NCBI GenBank assembly: GCA_030390025.1
Contig: CM059432.1
Location: 1,674,001 to 1,738,000, forward strand
From: Squalus acanthias
Lineage: Eukaryota
Reading direction: 5' to 3'
Length of the DNA: 64,000 bases
Numbering within the stretch: position 1 is the stretch's first letter; every line of letters begins with the position of its first letter. This document shows, one piece after another, positions 12,516 to 24,686 of this stretch. A model generated the notes under the pieces. The model saw only the letters and a program-made list of their open reading frames with translations, was not told the DNA's origin and ran no database searches. The position numbers and the translations under genes were made by a program.

Positions 12516-12974
12516 CACCTCCTGCAATTCCTTGCCCCCGCCGCCCCCCCCCCACCCCCAAATAATCATCATGAAACAAAACGTTCTCTGAACAGGTCAA
12601 TTTATTGGCTATTATTAATAAAGGAACAGTAATTACAAAAATCTATTCATCACAGTCAGTTAGGAATATCATGAATATCTCCCGAAAGGGCACAAAAATT
12701 ATAAATTAATTTTGGAAGGTGAGTGGTTAAGATTCTGTTTTTTAATCAGAAAAAGTCTGGACTTTTATGACAAGTGCCTGGTTTAACTTTTATTGGTGGG
12801 GCCTGTTTTATAAACAGAGTTTATTGCATAACTGGGAAGTGCTGGTTCCAGAAAGAAAGTCCAGGTACAGTCATAAAAGGGCATAGAGATTGGCAGGGAG
12901 TGGGGTTGGACAATCCTATCCAGTTAGATCGTCTTATTTACCACATACCAATGTTTCTTAACCTCTTACCTTCC

Positions 12975-13697
12975 AAAGATGCACAGCAGCAACTCGCCAA
13001 GGCTTCTTCGGCAGCACCTCCCAAACCCGCGACCTCTACCGCCTAGAAGGACAAGGGCATGGGAACACCACCACCTCCAAGTCACACACCATCCTGACTC
13101 GGAAATATATCGGCCATTCCTTCATCGTCGCTGTGTCAAAATCCAAAAGTACTGTGGAAAGGCTTTGGGGAGTCAGGGGGTGAGACACTCGCCGCAGAAT
13201 ACCCAGCCTCTGACCTGCTCTTGTTGCCACAGTATTTATGTGGCTGGTCCAGTTAAGTTTCTGGTCAATGGTGACCCCCAGGATGTTGATGGTGGGGGAT
13301 TCGGCGATGGTAATGCTGTTGAATGTCAAGGGGTGGTGGTTAGACACTCGCTTGTTGGAGATAGTCATTGCCTGGCACTTGTGTGGCGCGAATGTTACCT
13401 GCCACTTATCAGCCCAAGCCTGAACGTCGTCCAGGTCTTGTTGCATGCGGGCATGGACTGCTTCATTATCTGAGGAGTTGCGAATGGCACTGAACACTGT
13501 GCAGTCATCAGCGAACATCCCCATTTCTGACCTTATGTTGGAGGGAAGGTCATTGATGAAGCAGCTGAAGATGGTTGGGCCTAGGACACTGCCCTGAGGA
13601 ACTCCTGCAGCGATGTCCTGGGGCTGAGATGATTGACTTCCAACCACCACAACCATCCTCCTTTGTGCTAGGTATGGCTCCAGCCAGTGGAGAGTTT
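12975..13697. mobile_element. LINE family A fragments in opposite orientations (12975-13143 +, 13153-13697 -)
   Basis: KMHSSNSPRLLRQHLPNP on plus; GVPQGSVLGP/MFADD on minus. Confidence 0.85.
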
Positions 13698-14140
13698 ATG
13701 CTCCACTTGAGCCTCCTCCCGTCTTTCCTCATCTAACTCTATCAGCGTAACCCTCTATTCCCTTCTCCCTCATATGTTTGTCCAGCTTCCCCTTAAATGC
13801 ATCTATACTATTCGCCTCAACCACTCCCTGTGGTAGCGAGTTCCACATTCTCACCACTCTCTGGGTAAAGAAGTTTCTTCTGAATTCCCTATTTGATTTC
13901 CTGGTGACTATCTTATATTGATGGCCTCTAGTTATGCTCTTCCCCATAAGTGGAAATGCTCTCTCTGTATCCACTCTATCAAAACCTTTCATAATTTTAA
14001 AGACCTCTATTAGGTCGCCCCTCAGCCTTCTCCTTTCAAGAGAAAAGAGACCCAGCCTGTTCATCCTTTCCTGATAGGTGTACCCTCGCATTCCTGGTAT
14101 CATCCTTATAAATCTTTTTTGCACCCTCTCCAGTGCCTCT
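13698..14140 (-). mobile_element. CR1 3' fragment
   Basis: LERRRLRGDLIEVFKI...FFTQRVVRMWNSLP. Confidence 0.9.
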
Positions 14141-14414
14141 GCATTAGTCCTGCATAGCCATTACTGAGCTATTAATGTGGTATTTCCCACAATGTTGCGT
14201 GATAATTTACTGCAACGATAAATTAAGCCATCAATTTAAAACAGAGTTTCAGTAATTTAATTTAACAAGCTGGAAATGAAGGCCACGATCCCGAAGTGTA
14301 GTACCAGCTTTCTGTTGCAGAAAGTGGTATCTTTAGCAAAGACAAACAGGACAGCAGGATTTATAGAGCGGGAAGTTTGATTGACCATGAATGAGATGCT
14401 GAGGAGGTATAAGA

Positions 14415-14746
14415 ATATAAGAACATAAGAAATAGGAGCAGGAGTCGGCCATACGACCCCTCGAGCCTGCTCCGCCATTCAATAAGATCATGGATGATCT
14501 TCGACCTCAACTCCACTTTCCTGCTTGATCTCCATATCCCTTGATTTCCCTGAGAGTCCAAAAATCTATCGATCTCAGCCTTGAGTATACTCAACGACTG
14601 AGTCTCCACAGCCCTCTGAGGTAGAGAATTCCAAAGATTCACCACCCTCTGAGTGAAGAAATTCCTCCTCATCTCAGTCCTAAATGGCCGACCCCTTATC
14701 CTGAGACTGTGACCCCTGGTTCTAGGTTCTCCAGCCAGGGGAAACA
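14415..14746 (-). mobile_element. CR1 3' fragment
   Basis: RTRGHSLRI...FFTQRVVNLWNSLP and (TTCTTATG)n tail. Confidence 0.9.
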
Positions 14747-14847
14747 GGACTTCATTTTGGAGACCACCATCAATTTTCAAATCTCAGCCTTTACAGAAGA
14801 TCCTGTAGAGCGTTCAATCTTTCACAATATCAGAACCTGGCAGGAAA

Positions 14848-15585
14848 TCACTCACCTCCCCTGTGCTCGCTGACCTACATTGGCTTCAGTTCCGGCAACG
14901 CCTCAATTTTAAAATTCTCATCCTTCTTTTCAAAGTCTTCATAGAAACATAGAAACATAGAAGATAGGAGCAGGAGTAGGCCTTTCGGCCCCTCTAGCCT
15001 GCTCCGCCATTCAATGTGATCATGGCTGATCATCCAAATTCAGTACCCTGTCCCTGCTTTCTCCTCATATCCCTTGATCCCTTTAGCCTTAAGAAATATA
15101 TCCAACTCCTTCTTGAATATATTTAATGAATTGGCCTCTACTGCCTTCTGTGGTAGAGAATTCCACAGGTTCACCACTCTCTGGGTGAAGAAATTCCTCC
15201 TCATTTCTGTCCTAAATGGCCATTTCCATGGCCTCGCCTCCTCCCTATCTCAACCACCTCCAGTCCTACAACCATCCGAGATCTCTGTGCTCCTTCAATC
15301 CTGGCATTTTGCACATCCCCGATTTTCTTCGCTCCACCATTGGCGGCCGTGCTTTCAGTTGCCTGGGCCCTAAGCTCTGGAATTCCCTCCCTAAACCTCT
15401 CCGCCTCTCTCTCCTCCTTTAAGACGCTCCTTAAATCCTCCCTCTTTGACCAAGCTTTTGGTCTCCTGCCCTAATATCTCCTTATGTGGCTCAGTTCAGA
15501 TTTTGTTTGATAATCGCTCCTGTGAAGCGCCTCGGGAACGTTTTACTACGTTAAAGGCGCTGTATAAATACAAGTTGTTGTTGTT
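14848..15585 (+). mobile_element. L2-type LINE 3' fragment, interrupted by CR1 fragment 14941-15221 (-)
   Basis: LADLHWL..., GGRAFSCLGPKLWNSLP, tail gtgaagcgcc...aaaggcgctgtataaatacaagttgttg. Confidence 0.85.
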
Positions 15586-15899
15586 TTTAGGCCCTCAGTA
15601 ACAAACGGTTAGAATCCAAAAGCGTCATGTTGTAAATGCAGCATGTAAACAATCTTGTGTCACGCTGAAGGTATCTCAAGATGTAATATTCAATATGATG
15701 AGAAAAGGGCCAGAAATAGGTTTAGCAAATGGAGAAAGCGATGATAGACCCTCTGCTGTATGCAGGTCAAATCATGGGTTGGTCAACAAATTCCATATTG
15801 TGGAATGTGTCCTTTTTCCACCTCTTCCAAACCAGTCATTCCCCAAAGGATTGAACAGTATCACCCTAGAGTCCAAAGAGATTCCTCCCCATGCTACCA

Positions 15900-16338
15900 C
15901 TTGCATTTCTATAGCACCTTTCACAAACCTCAGGACGTCCCAGAGACTTTTACACCCAATGAAGTACTACTTTGAAGTGTAGTCACTGTTGTAATGTAGG
16001 AAACACAGCAACCAATTTACACACAGCAAGCTCCCACAAACAGCAATGTGATTATGACTTTTTTTTTCAGTGATGTAGATTGAGGGATAGACATCCTTGC
16101 TATCCTACTCTGCGAAATAGTGCCGTGGAATCTTTTACGTCCACCTGAGAGGGCAGTCAGAGTCTCTTTTTAACGTCTCATCTGAAAGACGGCACCTACT
16201 AGACCGTGCAGCACTCCCTCGGTACTGCACTGGGAGTGTCAGCCTAGATATTGTGCTCAAGTCGCTGGGACGGGACTTGAACCCACAACCTTCTGACTCA
16301 GAAGCCGAGAGTGCGACCCACTGAGCCACGGCTGACAC
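15900..16338 (-). mobile_element. DeuSINE copy
   Basis: Head, central domain and tail match the other copies. Confidence 0.88.
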
Positions 16339-16376
16339 TACACAAGCCGTTTGTAAAACCATTCCTGGTCTCAGCA

Positions 16377-16700
16377 TACAAAAGCAAAATACTGCGGATG
16401 CTGGAAATCTGAAATAAAAACAGAAAATGCTGGAGACACTCAGCAGGTCAGGCAGCATCCGTGGAGAGAGAAACAGAGTCAACGTTTCAGGTCGATGACC
16501 TTTCGTCAGAACTGGAAAAAGTTGGTGATGTGACAGATTTTTAAGCAAGTGTAGGGGCAGGGAAAGGGGGGAGGGGAGGAAAGAACAAAAGGGAAGGTCT
16601 GTGATAGGGTGGAAGGCAGGAGAGATTAAATGACAAAAGGGATGATGGTGCAAAGGCAAAAGGAGATGGTAATGGGACAAGTAAAGGAACAAAAGATGTG
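16377..16700 (-). mobile_element. Penelope-like element terminal (pseudo-LTR) fragment
   Basis: Contains a minimal hammerhead motif; homologous to 20036-20140 and 19215-19315. Confidence 0.7.
16477..16513 (-). ncRNA. Minimal type I hammerhead ribozyme motif
   Basis: Minus strand AGTT-CTGACGA-A-AGGTC-ATC-GACCT-GAAACGTT-GACT: core boxes, helix II, palindromic ACGU helix III, helix I AGUU/GACU. Confidence 0.75.
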
Positions 16701-17211
16701 GATAACGCTCCTGTGAAGCGGTTTGGGGCGTTTTACTACGTTAAAGGCGCTGTATAAATGTTGCTGTTGTAAATCTCTCCTTGTATCTATGGCCCCCGTG
16801 GTTCTTGACCCCTCAACTACTGAAAACATTTTCGTTTCTCTGTAGTATCAGTTCACGGCTGTGATCCACATTTGTCTGGAGCGTACAGCAATTGCAGATG
16901 CTAATTGACTGTTGTCAGCTGTGATTTGGCGAGACAGCCTCGTTCATAAACCAGACAAAACAGTCTGTCGTTCATTCCCTGTGAGCAGCTCCACTTTACA
17001 CCAGAATTGTAGTTAGTTGACACTTTCACTGCATTAAACAAAGGTTGACAGTCTTTCATTCTGGACTGTATCTGTGCAAAATCTCTGTAAAGCCACCAAC
17101 GTAAATGATAATACATGCATACAACAACAACAACAACTTCTTGTATTTATATGGCGCCTTTAATGTAGTAAAACGTCCCAAGGTGCTTCACAGGAGCGAT
17201 TATCAAACAAA

Positions 17212-17411
17212 NNNNNNNNNNNNNNNNNNNNNNNNNNNNNNNNNNNNNNNNNNNNNNNNNNNNNNNNNNNNNNNNNNNNNNNNNNNNNNNNNNNNNNNNN
17301 NNNNNNNNNNNNNNNNNNNNNNNNNNNNNNNNNNNNNNNNNNNNNNNNNNNNNNNNNNNNNNNNNNNNNNNNNNNNNNNNNNNNNNNNNNNNNNNNNNNN
17401 NNNNNNNNNNN
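17212..17411. other. Assembly gap (200 N)
   Basis: Run of N. Confidence 1.
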
Positions 17412-17827
17412 CTGGATTTTTGTGCTTAAGTCTCCGGAACAGGTCTTGAACCCACAACCTTCTGGCTCTGAAGGCGAGTGTGCTGCCCCTTGAGCCATGG
17501 CTAAAAAAAATTGTAATTCTCGTATAAAATCAATAAAATGTGCACTGACAGAATTGGCAAATGAAAGTGCCAGGGGGTAAGAAAGTTTATATTTAACTTG
17601 AACTTTTAACCATAACATTGTGTTTTTTTTAAATATAAAGTAAAATGTTAAAAAGGTGGCTCTTAATCGTTTGAAATGCTAAAGCTGTAAATTCTCTTTA
17701 CGACCCTCCACAGACTGCATTTCAAGGCTGGTGATGAAGTGGAATTCTTAATTCACCATCCAGCACTGGAACTTTCTGTTTTTGTATCTGCTAATGGTTC
17801 CGTCCCGGACCTTTTCCAGACACCTGG

Positions 17828-18080
17828 TGGTTGGCGGGGGGGGCGGGGGTGCGGGGTGGAGGGGTGGAATGGGGACGGTGCGGGGCGGGGCGGGGAAGTG
17901 TCGGTTTCCTGTTTCCTAACCCTCTTTGTTCCCCTTCGCCCATGGCTTAAAGCTGCACTCCTTCTAGAAGTATACGTTTCCTCGTTTTGATTTTATTTGC
18001 CATGCAGCCATCGCGAGATAAATCAGCATTTGCAAAAACTGGAGAGCAGGAGAGCAGCGCAAAGAAGGGAAGGGGAGGGA
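17828..18080. promoter_or_regulatory. Candidate GC-box/ETS promoter-like segment
   Basis: Multiple GGGGCGGGG, GGAAGTG, TTTCCTGTTTCC and CATCGCGAGA in non-repeat DNA. Confidence 0.3.
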
Positions 18081-18099
18081 AATCTAACGCACTGAAGTG

Positions 18100-18310
18100 G
18101 AGCCCTGAGCTCTGGAATTCCCTAAACCTCTCCGCCTCTCTCCTCCTTTAAGATGCTCCTTAAAACCGACCTCTTTGACCAAGCTTTTGGTCACCTGTCC
18201 TAATATCTCCTTATGTGGCTCGGTGTCAAATTTTGTTTGATAATCGCTCCTGTGAAGCGCCCTGGGACGTTTTACTACGTTAACGGCGCTGTATAAATAC
18301 AAGTTGTTGT
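18100..18310 (+). mobile_element. L2-type LINE 3' tail fragment
   Basis: Same tail as 15221-15585. Confidence 0.85.
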
Positions 18311-18694
18311 TAACAGATTGTTGTTTACATCGATGGGTGAAAAGTACTTTCTGATAGATGGAAATCTGACAAAAAAGGGACAAATGCGTCCAGATTAGAT
18401 ATCATCGGGATGTAAGGAGAAATGTGCAGGGCGATGGGGAAAGAGCAGGGGGAGTGGGACTAATTGGAGAGCTCGTTCAAAGAGCCGGCACAGGCACGAT
18501 GGGCCGAATGGCCTCCTCCTGCGCTGTATCGTTCTATGATGTGGGATTATTTTGACCCTTGTGTTTACCTCTGTCAAATGACCGAAGATATTTGTTTTCC
18601 TTTATGATACCGTTGATTGAATTCTTGGTTGAATCTCAATAATTGAAATTTACAAATAAGAAGTTATTGAAAGAGAGACATTTTTTGCTGTCAT

Positions 18695-18995
18695 CGGAAC
18701 AGGAGGAGGCCATTCGGCCCCTCGAGCCTGTTCCGCCATTCAATGAGATCATGTCTGATCTGTATCTTAACTCCATCTACCCGCCTTGGGTCCGTAACCC
18801 TTAATACCCTTACCCAACAAAGATCTATCAATCTCGGGTTTGACATTTTCAATTGACCCCCCCCCAGCCTCAACAGCTTTTTGCGGGGAGAGAGTTCCAG
18901 ATTTCCACCACCCTTTGTGTGAAGAAGTGCTTCCTGACATCACCCCTGAATGGCCTGGCTCTAATTTTAAGGTTATGACCCCTTGTTCTGGACTA
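18695..18995 (-). mobile_element. CR1 3' fragment
   Basis: [16 protein letters not shown] and CR1 3' UTR. Confidence 0.85.
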
Positions 18996-19379
18996 CTTTT
19001 AGATTAGTCAGGAAGGAACGGCAAGGAGAGCTGAGATGCGATTCACAAAGTCCTTCCCTTCTTACTGTACACACCGCCTGCGCATCACCTGTTCAGCCAA
19101 TCACTGTACATGTTGCAGGGTTGAAACGTTTCGCTGTCACAGGTTTCAACACAGGGCTGGAGCAGGCAACAAACGTATCATAAACACCGAGCTGAAATAA
19201 ATGTTTTCACATATATAAGCAGAAAATTCTGGAAATCCATAGCGAGCCCATCAGTAGCTGGAACGAGAGATAAGGCAAGTTAACGTTTCATAATAAGACC
19301 CATTGTTAGGACTGAGGGAATAAAATGGCTCCACACTTTTCTAGAACTGGCCAAAACGAGAGCAAGGGAGGAGAACACA

Positions 19380-19770
19380 ACAACAACTTGCATTTAGACA
19401 GCGCCTTTAATGTAGTAAAACATCCCAGGGCGCTTCACAGGAGCGATTATCAGACACAATTTGACACCGAGCCACATAAGGAGATATGAGGACCGGTGAC
19501 CAAAAGCTTGGTCAAAGAGGTGGGTTTTAAGGAGCATCTTAAAGGAGGAGAGAGAGGCGGAGAGGTTTAGGGAGGGAATTCCAGAGCTCGGGGCCCAGGC
19601 AGCTGAAGGCACGGCCACCAATGGTGGAGCGATGGGAATCGGGGATGCTCAAGAGGCCAGAATTGGAGGAGCGCAGAGATCTCGGGGGGTTGTTGGGCGG
19701 GAGGGGGTTACAGAGATAGGGAAGGGGGGTGAGGAGGCCGTGGAGGGATTTGAAAACAAGGGTGAGAATA
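19380..19770 (-). mobile_element. L2-type LINE 3' fragment
   Basis: VFKSLHGL...GGRAFSCLGPELWNSLP and tail. Confidence 0.87.
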
Positions 19771-20035
19771 GGTAAATCATAGAACTTATAGCACAGAAGG
19801 AGGCCAATTGGCCTATGGCACCTATTCCAGTCCTGGCTCGTCTCAACGAGAGCCACATAGTCTAACGCCGCTTCCCCATATCCTTTTCTATGTATCCTTT
19901 TTCAAATAGTTGACCAATTCCTTTTTCCGATGATGTTATAGGGCTACCTCGGGCCCCCGCTACATGTTAAAAAAAGAATTCATTGGCTGTGAAGTGCTCT
20001 GGGACACACTGAGGATGTGGTAGGACGTGAACAGC

Positions 20036-20074
20036 AGGTCCTGATGAAAGGTCACCGACCTGAAACGTTAACCC
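20036..20074 (+). ncRNA. Minimal hammerhead ribozyme motif in Penelope-like end (fragment to ~20140)
   Basis: AGGTC-CTGATGA-A-AGGTC-ACC-GACCT-GAAACGTT-AACC. Confidence 0.7.
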
Positions 20075-20393
20075 TACGTCTCTCTCTCCACAGGTGCTGC
20101 CTGGCCCGCTGAGCATTTCCAGCACTTCCTCTCTTTATTTTATGAAGTGAAAACTGCCGGATGAAATATAAAGGTGGTTTCCTTCGGTCTGCGGAGAAAG
20201 CAGAGGAAAAAAGGTGAGTGAAAGATAAATGGAAAAGGCACGGGGGGAAAAAGCTGGCAGCTAAGATCTAAAGTTGTTGAAGCCAATCTTCAGACTGTAA
20301 GAATTCCCTGTGGGGAAATGTAATAATGATTACTCTTCAAGGTTTGCGTTAAACTACATTGGAGCAGTGTAGGAGGCCAACGATGGAAAGGTC

Positions 20394-20925
20394 GGCCGTG
20401 GCTCAGTGGGTAGCACTCTTGCCTCCCAGTCAGGAGGTTGTGGGCTCAAGTCCCACTCCAGAGACTTGAGCATAAAGTCTAGGCTGACTCTCCAGTGCAG
20501 TACTGAGCGAGAGCCGCACTGTCGGAGGGGCAGTACTGAGCGAGAGCCGCACTGTCGGAGGGGCAGTACTGAGGGAGCGCCGCACTGTCGGAGGGGGAGC
20601 ACTGAGGGAGCGCCGCACTGTCGGAGGTGCCGTCTTTTAGAGGAGACGTTAAACCGAGGCCCCGTCTGCTCTCTCAGGTGGACGTAAAAGATCCCACGGC
20701 CAGTATTTCGACAAAGAGCTGAGGAGTTCTCCCCGGTGTCCTGGCCAACATCACTGAAACAGATTATCTGGTCATTACCTCAGTGCTGTTTGTGGGAGCT
20801 TGCTGTGCGCAAATTGGCCACTGCGTTTCCTACATTACAACAGTGACTACACTCCAAAAGGTACTGCATTGGCTGTAAAACACTTCGGAGCGTCCTGAGG
20901 TCATGAAAGGCGCTATAGAAATGCG
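20394..20925 (+). mobile_element. DeuSINE copy with ~4 units of the 33-bp repeat (20497-20625)
   Basis: A-box TGGCTCAGTGG, B-box-like GCTCAAGTCC, central domain, tail. Confidence 0.9.
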
Positions 20926-21124
20926 AGATATTCCCTTTTTTTAACAGGGCGTACATTTTGAATGAGTAAAAAAAAATCAAGAAATTTTGGTAAATAATTA
21001 TTCATATATTAATCATTGTCCAATACAAAATATACCAGTGATGAAATGCAACGAGTCAGTTTCATAATACTGGTGCTGACTTTACCAATAATCCTGAACA
21101 AGACTGAAAATATTCTATAATCAC

Positions 21125-21497
21125 AATTCTCAACCTTGTTTACAAATCCCTCCATGGCCTCGCCCCTCCCTATCTCTGTAACCTCCTCCAGCCCTACAAG
21201 ATCTCTGCGCTCCTCCTATTCTGGACCATTGCTAATCCCTGATTTTAATCGCTCCACCATTGGTGGCCGTGCCTTCTGTTGCCAAGGCCCTAAGCTCTGG
21301 AATTCCCTTCCTAAACCTCTCCGCCTCTCTCTCCTCCTTTAAGACGCTCCGTAAAACCTACCTCTTTGACCAAGCTTTTGGTCATCTGGCCTAATATCTC
21401 AGGTGGCTCGGTGTCACATTTTCTCTGATAATCGCTGCTGTGAAGCGCCTTGGGATGTTTTACTATGTTAAGGCGCTATATAAATGCATTTTGTTGT
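21125..21497 (+). mobile_element. L2-type LINE 3' fragment
   Basis: GGRAFCCQGPKLWNSLP and tail. Confidence 0.85.
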
Positions 21498-21677
21498 AGG
21501 TGATTCTCATACCAAATCAGGTCAGAGTTTCACTACCAATGAATGGTATGGAGTAGCTCCATCAAGATGTTTGCTTTTAACTATTGATCAGAGGCAAAAT
21601 AAATGTCCATAAACACTTCAAGCTCTAGATCTGCTACATCAACAACAACAGCAGCTTGTATTTAGATCGCATAGTAT

Positions 21678-22310
21678 AATGTTAGTGTTTATTGCAAGGG
21701 GGTTGGATTATAAGAGTAATGAAGTCTTGCTACAATTGTACAGGGCCTTGGTGAGACCACACCTGGAGTACTGTGCACAGTTTTGGTCTCCTTATCTGAG
21801 GAAGGATATACTTGTCTTGGAGGCGGTGCAACAAAGGTTCACTAGATTGATCCCTGGGATGAGAGGGCTGTCCTATGAGAAGAGATTGAGTAGATTGGGC
21901 CGACACTCTCTGGAGTTTAGAAGAATGAGAGGTGATCTCATTGAAACATACAATATTCTGAAGGGGATTGACAGGGTAGATGCTGAGAGGCTGCTTCCCC
22001 TGGCTGGAGAGTCTAGAACTAGGGGGCATAGTCTCAGGATAAGGGGTCGGTCATTTAAGACTGAGATGTGGAGGAATTTCTTCACTCAGAGGGTGGTGAA
22101 TCTTTGGAATTCTCTGCCCCAGAGGGCTGTGGATGCTGAGTCTTTGAGTATATTCAAGGCTGAGATCGATAGATTTTTGGACTCGTGGAAAACCAAGGGA
22201 TATGGGGATTGTGCGGGAAAGTGGAGTTGAGGTCGAAGATCAGTCATGATCTTATTGAATGGCGGAGCAGGCTCGAGGGGTCGTATGGCCGACTCCTGCT
22301 CTATGTTCCT
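21678..22310 (+). mobile_element. CR1 3' fragment
   Basis: LYRALVRPHLEYCAQFWSP...FFTQRVVNLWNSLP. Confidence 0.92.
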
Positions 22311-22855
22311 AACTTGGGAAGTTGGGATGTGATTCTGCCAGAACGGCCAAGGATTTCCACCTCTTTAATGTATACAATTCTTTTTGGTAAACATGATTGA
22401 TCGCAGCCTGAAAGGGCGGTGGAAGCAAGTTCAACAGTAACATTCAAAAGAGAATTGAATAAATACTTGAAGGGAAAAAATATACACGACCGTGGGGAGA
22501 GAGCAGGGGGGGGAGTGGGACTAATTGGAGAGCTCTACCAAAGAGCCGGCACAGGCACGATGGGCCGAGTGGCCTCCTCCTGTTCCTATATGACATGGTG
22601 CGATATTCTGCTAGCTGAGCAGCAGCTTGGAGGCAGGAGCTGGGACAGCATCAGATTGTATTGAGGACGAATTTGCTTCCTAACCCTTGGCATTAAAATA
22701 CGTTCTGTGGTTTGGAGTCCAACCTGTGGATAGACCAGTGCCACCTCCACCTGGCTGAGTGCAATGGGCTTTGCATGTGCCGGTATAGGTGGGATCGCCA
22801 CCGGGAATAGCCCTTCATACGGTACCACGTTGTCATTCCCTGTGCCAAAGCATTC

Positions 22856-23305
22856 GCCGTGGCTCAGTGGGTCGCACTCTTGGCTCTCTGAGTCAGAAGG
22901 TTGTGGTTCAAGTCCCACTCCAGAGACTTGAGCACAAAAATCTAGGCTGACACTCCCAGTGCAGTACTGAGGGAGTGCCGCACTGTCGGAGGTGCCGTCT
23001 TTCGGATGAGACATTAAACCGAGGCCCCGTCTGCTCTCTCAGGTGACCATAAAAGATCCCATGGCACTATTTCGAAGAAGAGCAGGGGAGTTCTCCCCGG
23101 TGTCCTGGCCAAATATTTATCCCTCAACCAACATAACAAAAAACAGATTATCTGGTCGTTGTTACATTGCTGTTTGTGGGAGCTTGCTGTGCGTAAATTG
23201 GCTGCCGCGTTTCCTACATTACAACAGTGACTACACTTTAGAAAGTGCTTCGTTGGCTGTAAAGCGCTTTGAGACGTCCGGTGGTCGTGAAATGCAAGTC
23301 TTTCT
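22856..23305 (+). mobile_element. DeuSINE, near full length with a single 33-bp unit
   Basis: tRNA A/B boxes (TGGCTCAGTGG; GTTCAAGTCC), central domain, L2-like tail. Confidence 0.92.
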
Positions 23306-23669
23306 TTCAATAGTTCGCAGTCCAACAACTCTTAGTCCGGGAGTGGAATTAAACCTTCTCTGGAAGTGGACATGGAATGCAAATGGATCGGGGACCACAG
23401 TAAGAACACTTAACAAAATGTAGGCCACACTGAGATACCTTGTGGTGGCTGTTTGCAAAGTGCAGATGCCAGAGGCCAGGGAGATAGATTGAGTAGCTGT
23501 CTCCCTGGACAGCGAGTGTACAGCACACAGTATTGAGTGAACCTAACAATAGAGAGGAAATATATTGAAAATGAAGGGAACGGGATTTGGTTGCAACATA
23601 CAGTATTCGAATATACTAAATAAAATTAAAAATAAAGGGGCTACGGTATGGTAATATTTTAAAAGCTCA

Positions 23670-24200
23670 TTGGATCCTTGGTGAAACAAGGTAACCAGAA
23701 AATAGTTAATATGATTTCAGTCTATAAAAAAGGTCGAAGGGATTGTCATGGGAGTTCTGGGTCTGTTAGGTTTGTACGTACAGTGGGGGAAATAAGGAAG
23801 TGTATTATGAAGGACTGAAATGCTTCAACAGAGTACAAGCAATTAAACCAATCTAATGTGGATTTATAAAAAGCAGGTCGTGGCTAATAAGTTTATTTGA
23901 ATTGAGAATAGAACAGAGTTTGTGGACGGAGATTATGCAGTTGACATTATACATCCTGGCTTGCAGGAAGTATTTGATAAGGTCGCTCGCAAGAGCTGTA
24001 GAGTTGGCATCAAAACTCATGGGGTCCGGGGTAGAATTGTAAATTGGATTATTAATTGAACAAGCCAAAAGAACAGAGAGCAGTTATCAACAATAGTATT
24101 CCTAATTGGGCATCCAGGACCGGTGGACTCCCCCCAAGAGTCAGTGTTGGACCCTTGCTGTGTAAAATTACTTATTAATGACTTTGATTAGGGCCTTGTC
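23670..24200 (+). mobile_element. Highly diverged ancient CR1 RT remnant
   Basis: Degenerate collinear motifs: NMISVYKKG, GFIKSRSWL, AVDII...FDKV, GLPQESVL...INDFD. Confidence 0.7.
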
Positions 24201-24686
24201 AGTACGTCTACAGCTCCAGATGCTTTGGGTACAGTAGTTTAGTGGTTATGTTGCTGGACTAGTAATCCAGAGGCTGGGACTAAAAATCCTAGATGGAATT
24301 GTGAGTTTCAAATCCTACATGTTGCAGGCGGGATGGACCAGGGGCTCTTTTCCCTGCCTCTCATTTTCGTATGTCCGCCTGGCAGTTTGAGAATTTCAAT
24401 TGCGTTTAATTAAAATGAGGGAAGATTTTGATAGGGAGGGAATGGCTCCTCCTGTTTGGGGGGTGAGTAACGAGTGGGTGTTCATGAGTTTAAAATGTTC
24501 AGTGTGAGGTAGGAAACATCTCTGTACACACAGGCACTTGTTGGAGCCAGGGACTGAAAGAAAGACAGACATGGATTTCTAAAGAGCTCACACTGTTGGA
24601 GGTGTTGGGCGTGCCGAGTATTGTGCCCAGTTGGTCTTTAACTCAAGAGAGGTGGATACAAAAGTTGCGGAAGTTATGCTACAGTT

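Noticed and set aside
11598..12600. Repetitive ORFs (DSAALPQYCPS / STEGAPHCRRG), also at 43609-44888 and 46729-47196
   Set aside because: Translations of the 33-bp SINE minisatellite, open in several frames on both strands.
17105..17618. ORFs spanning the N run
   Set aside because: Artefacts of the assembly gap.
22856..22925. tRNA gene (also SINE heads at 20394, 29749, 59292, 63577)
   Set aside because: tRNA-like A/B boxes run directly into SINE bodies with no proper acceptor stem or terminator.
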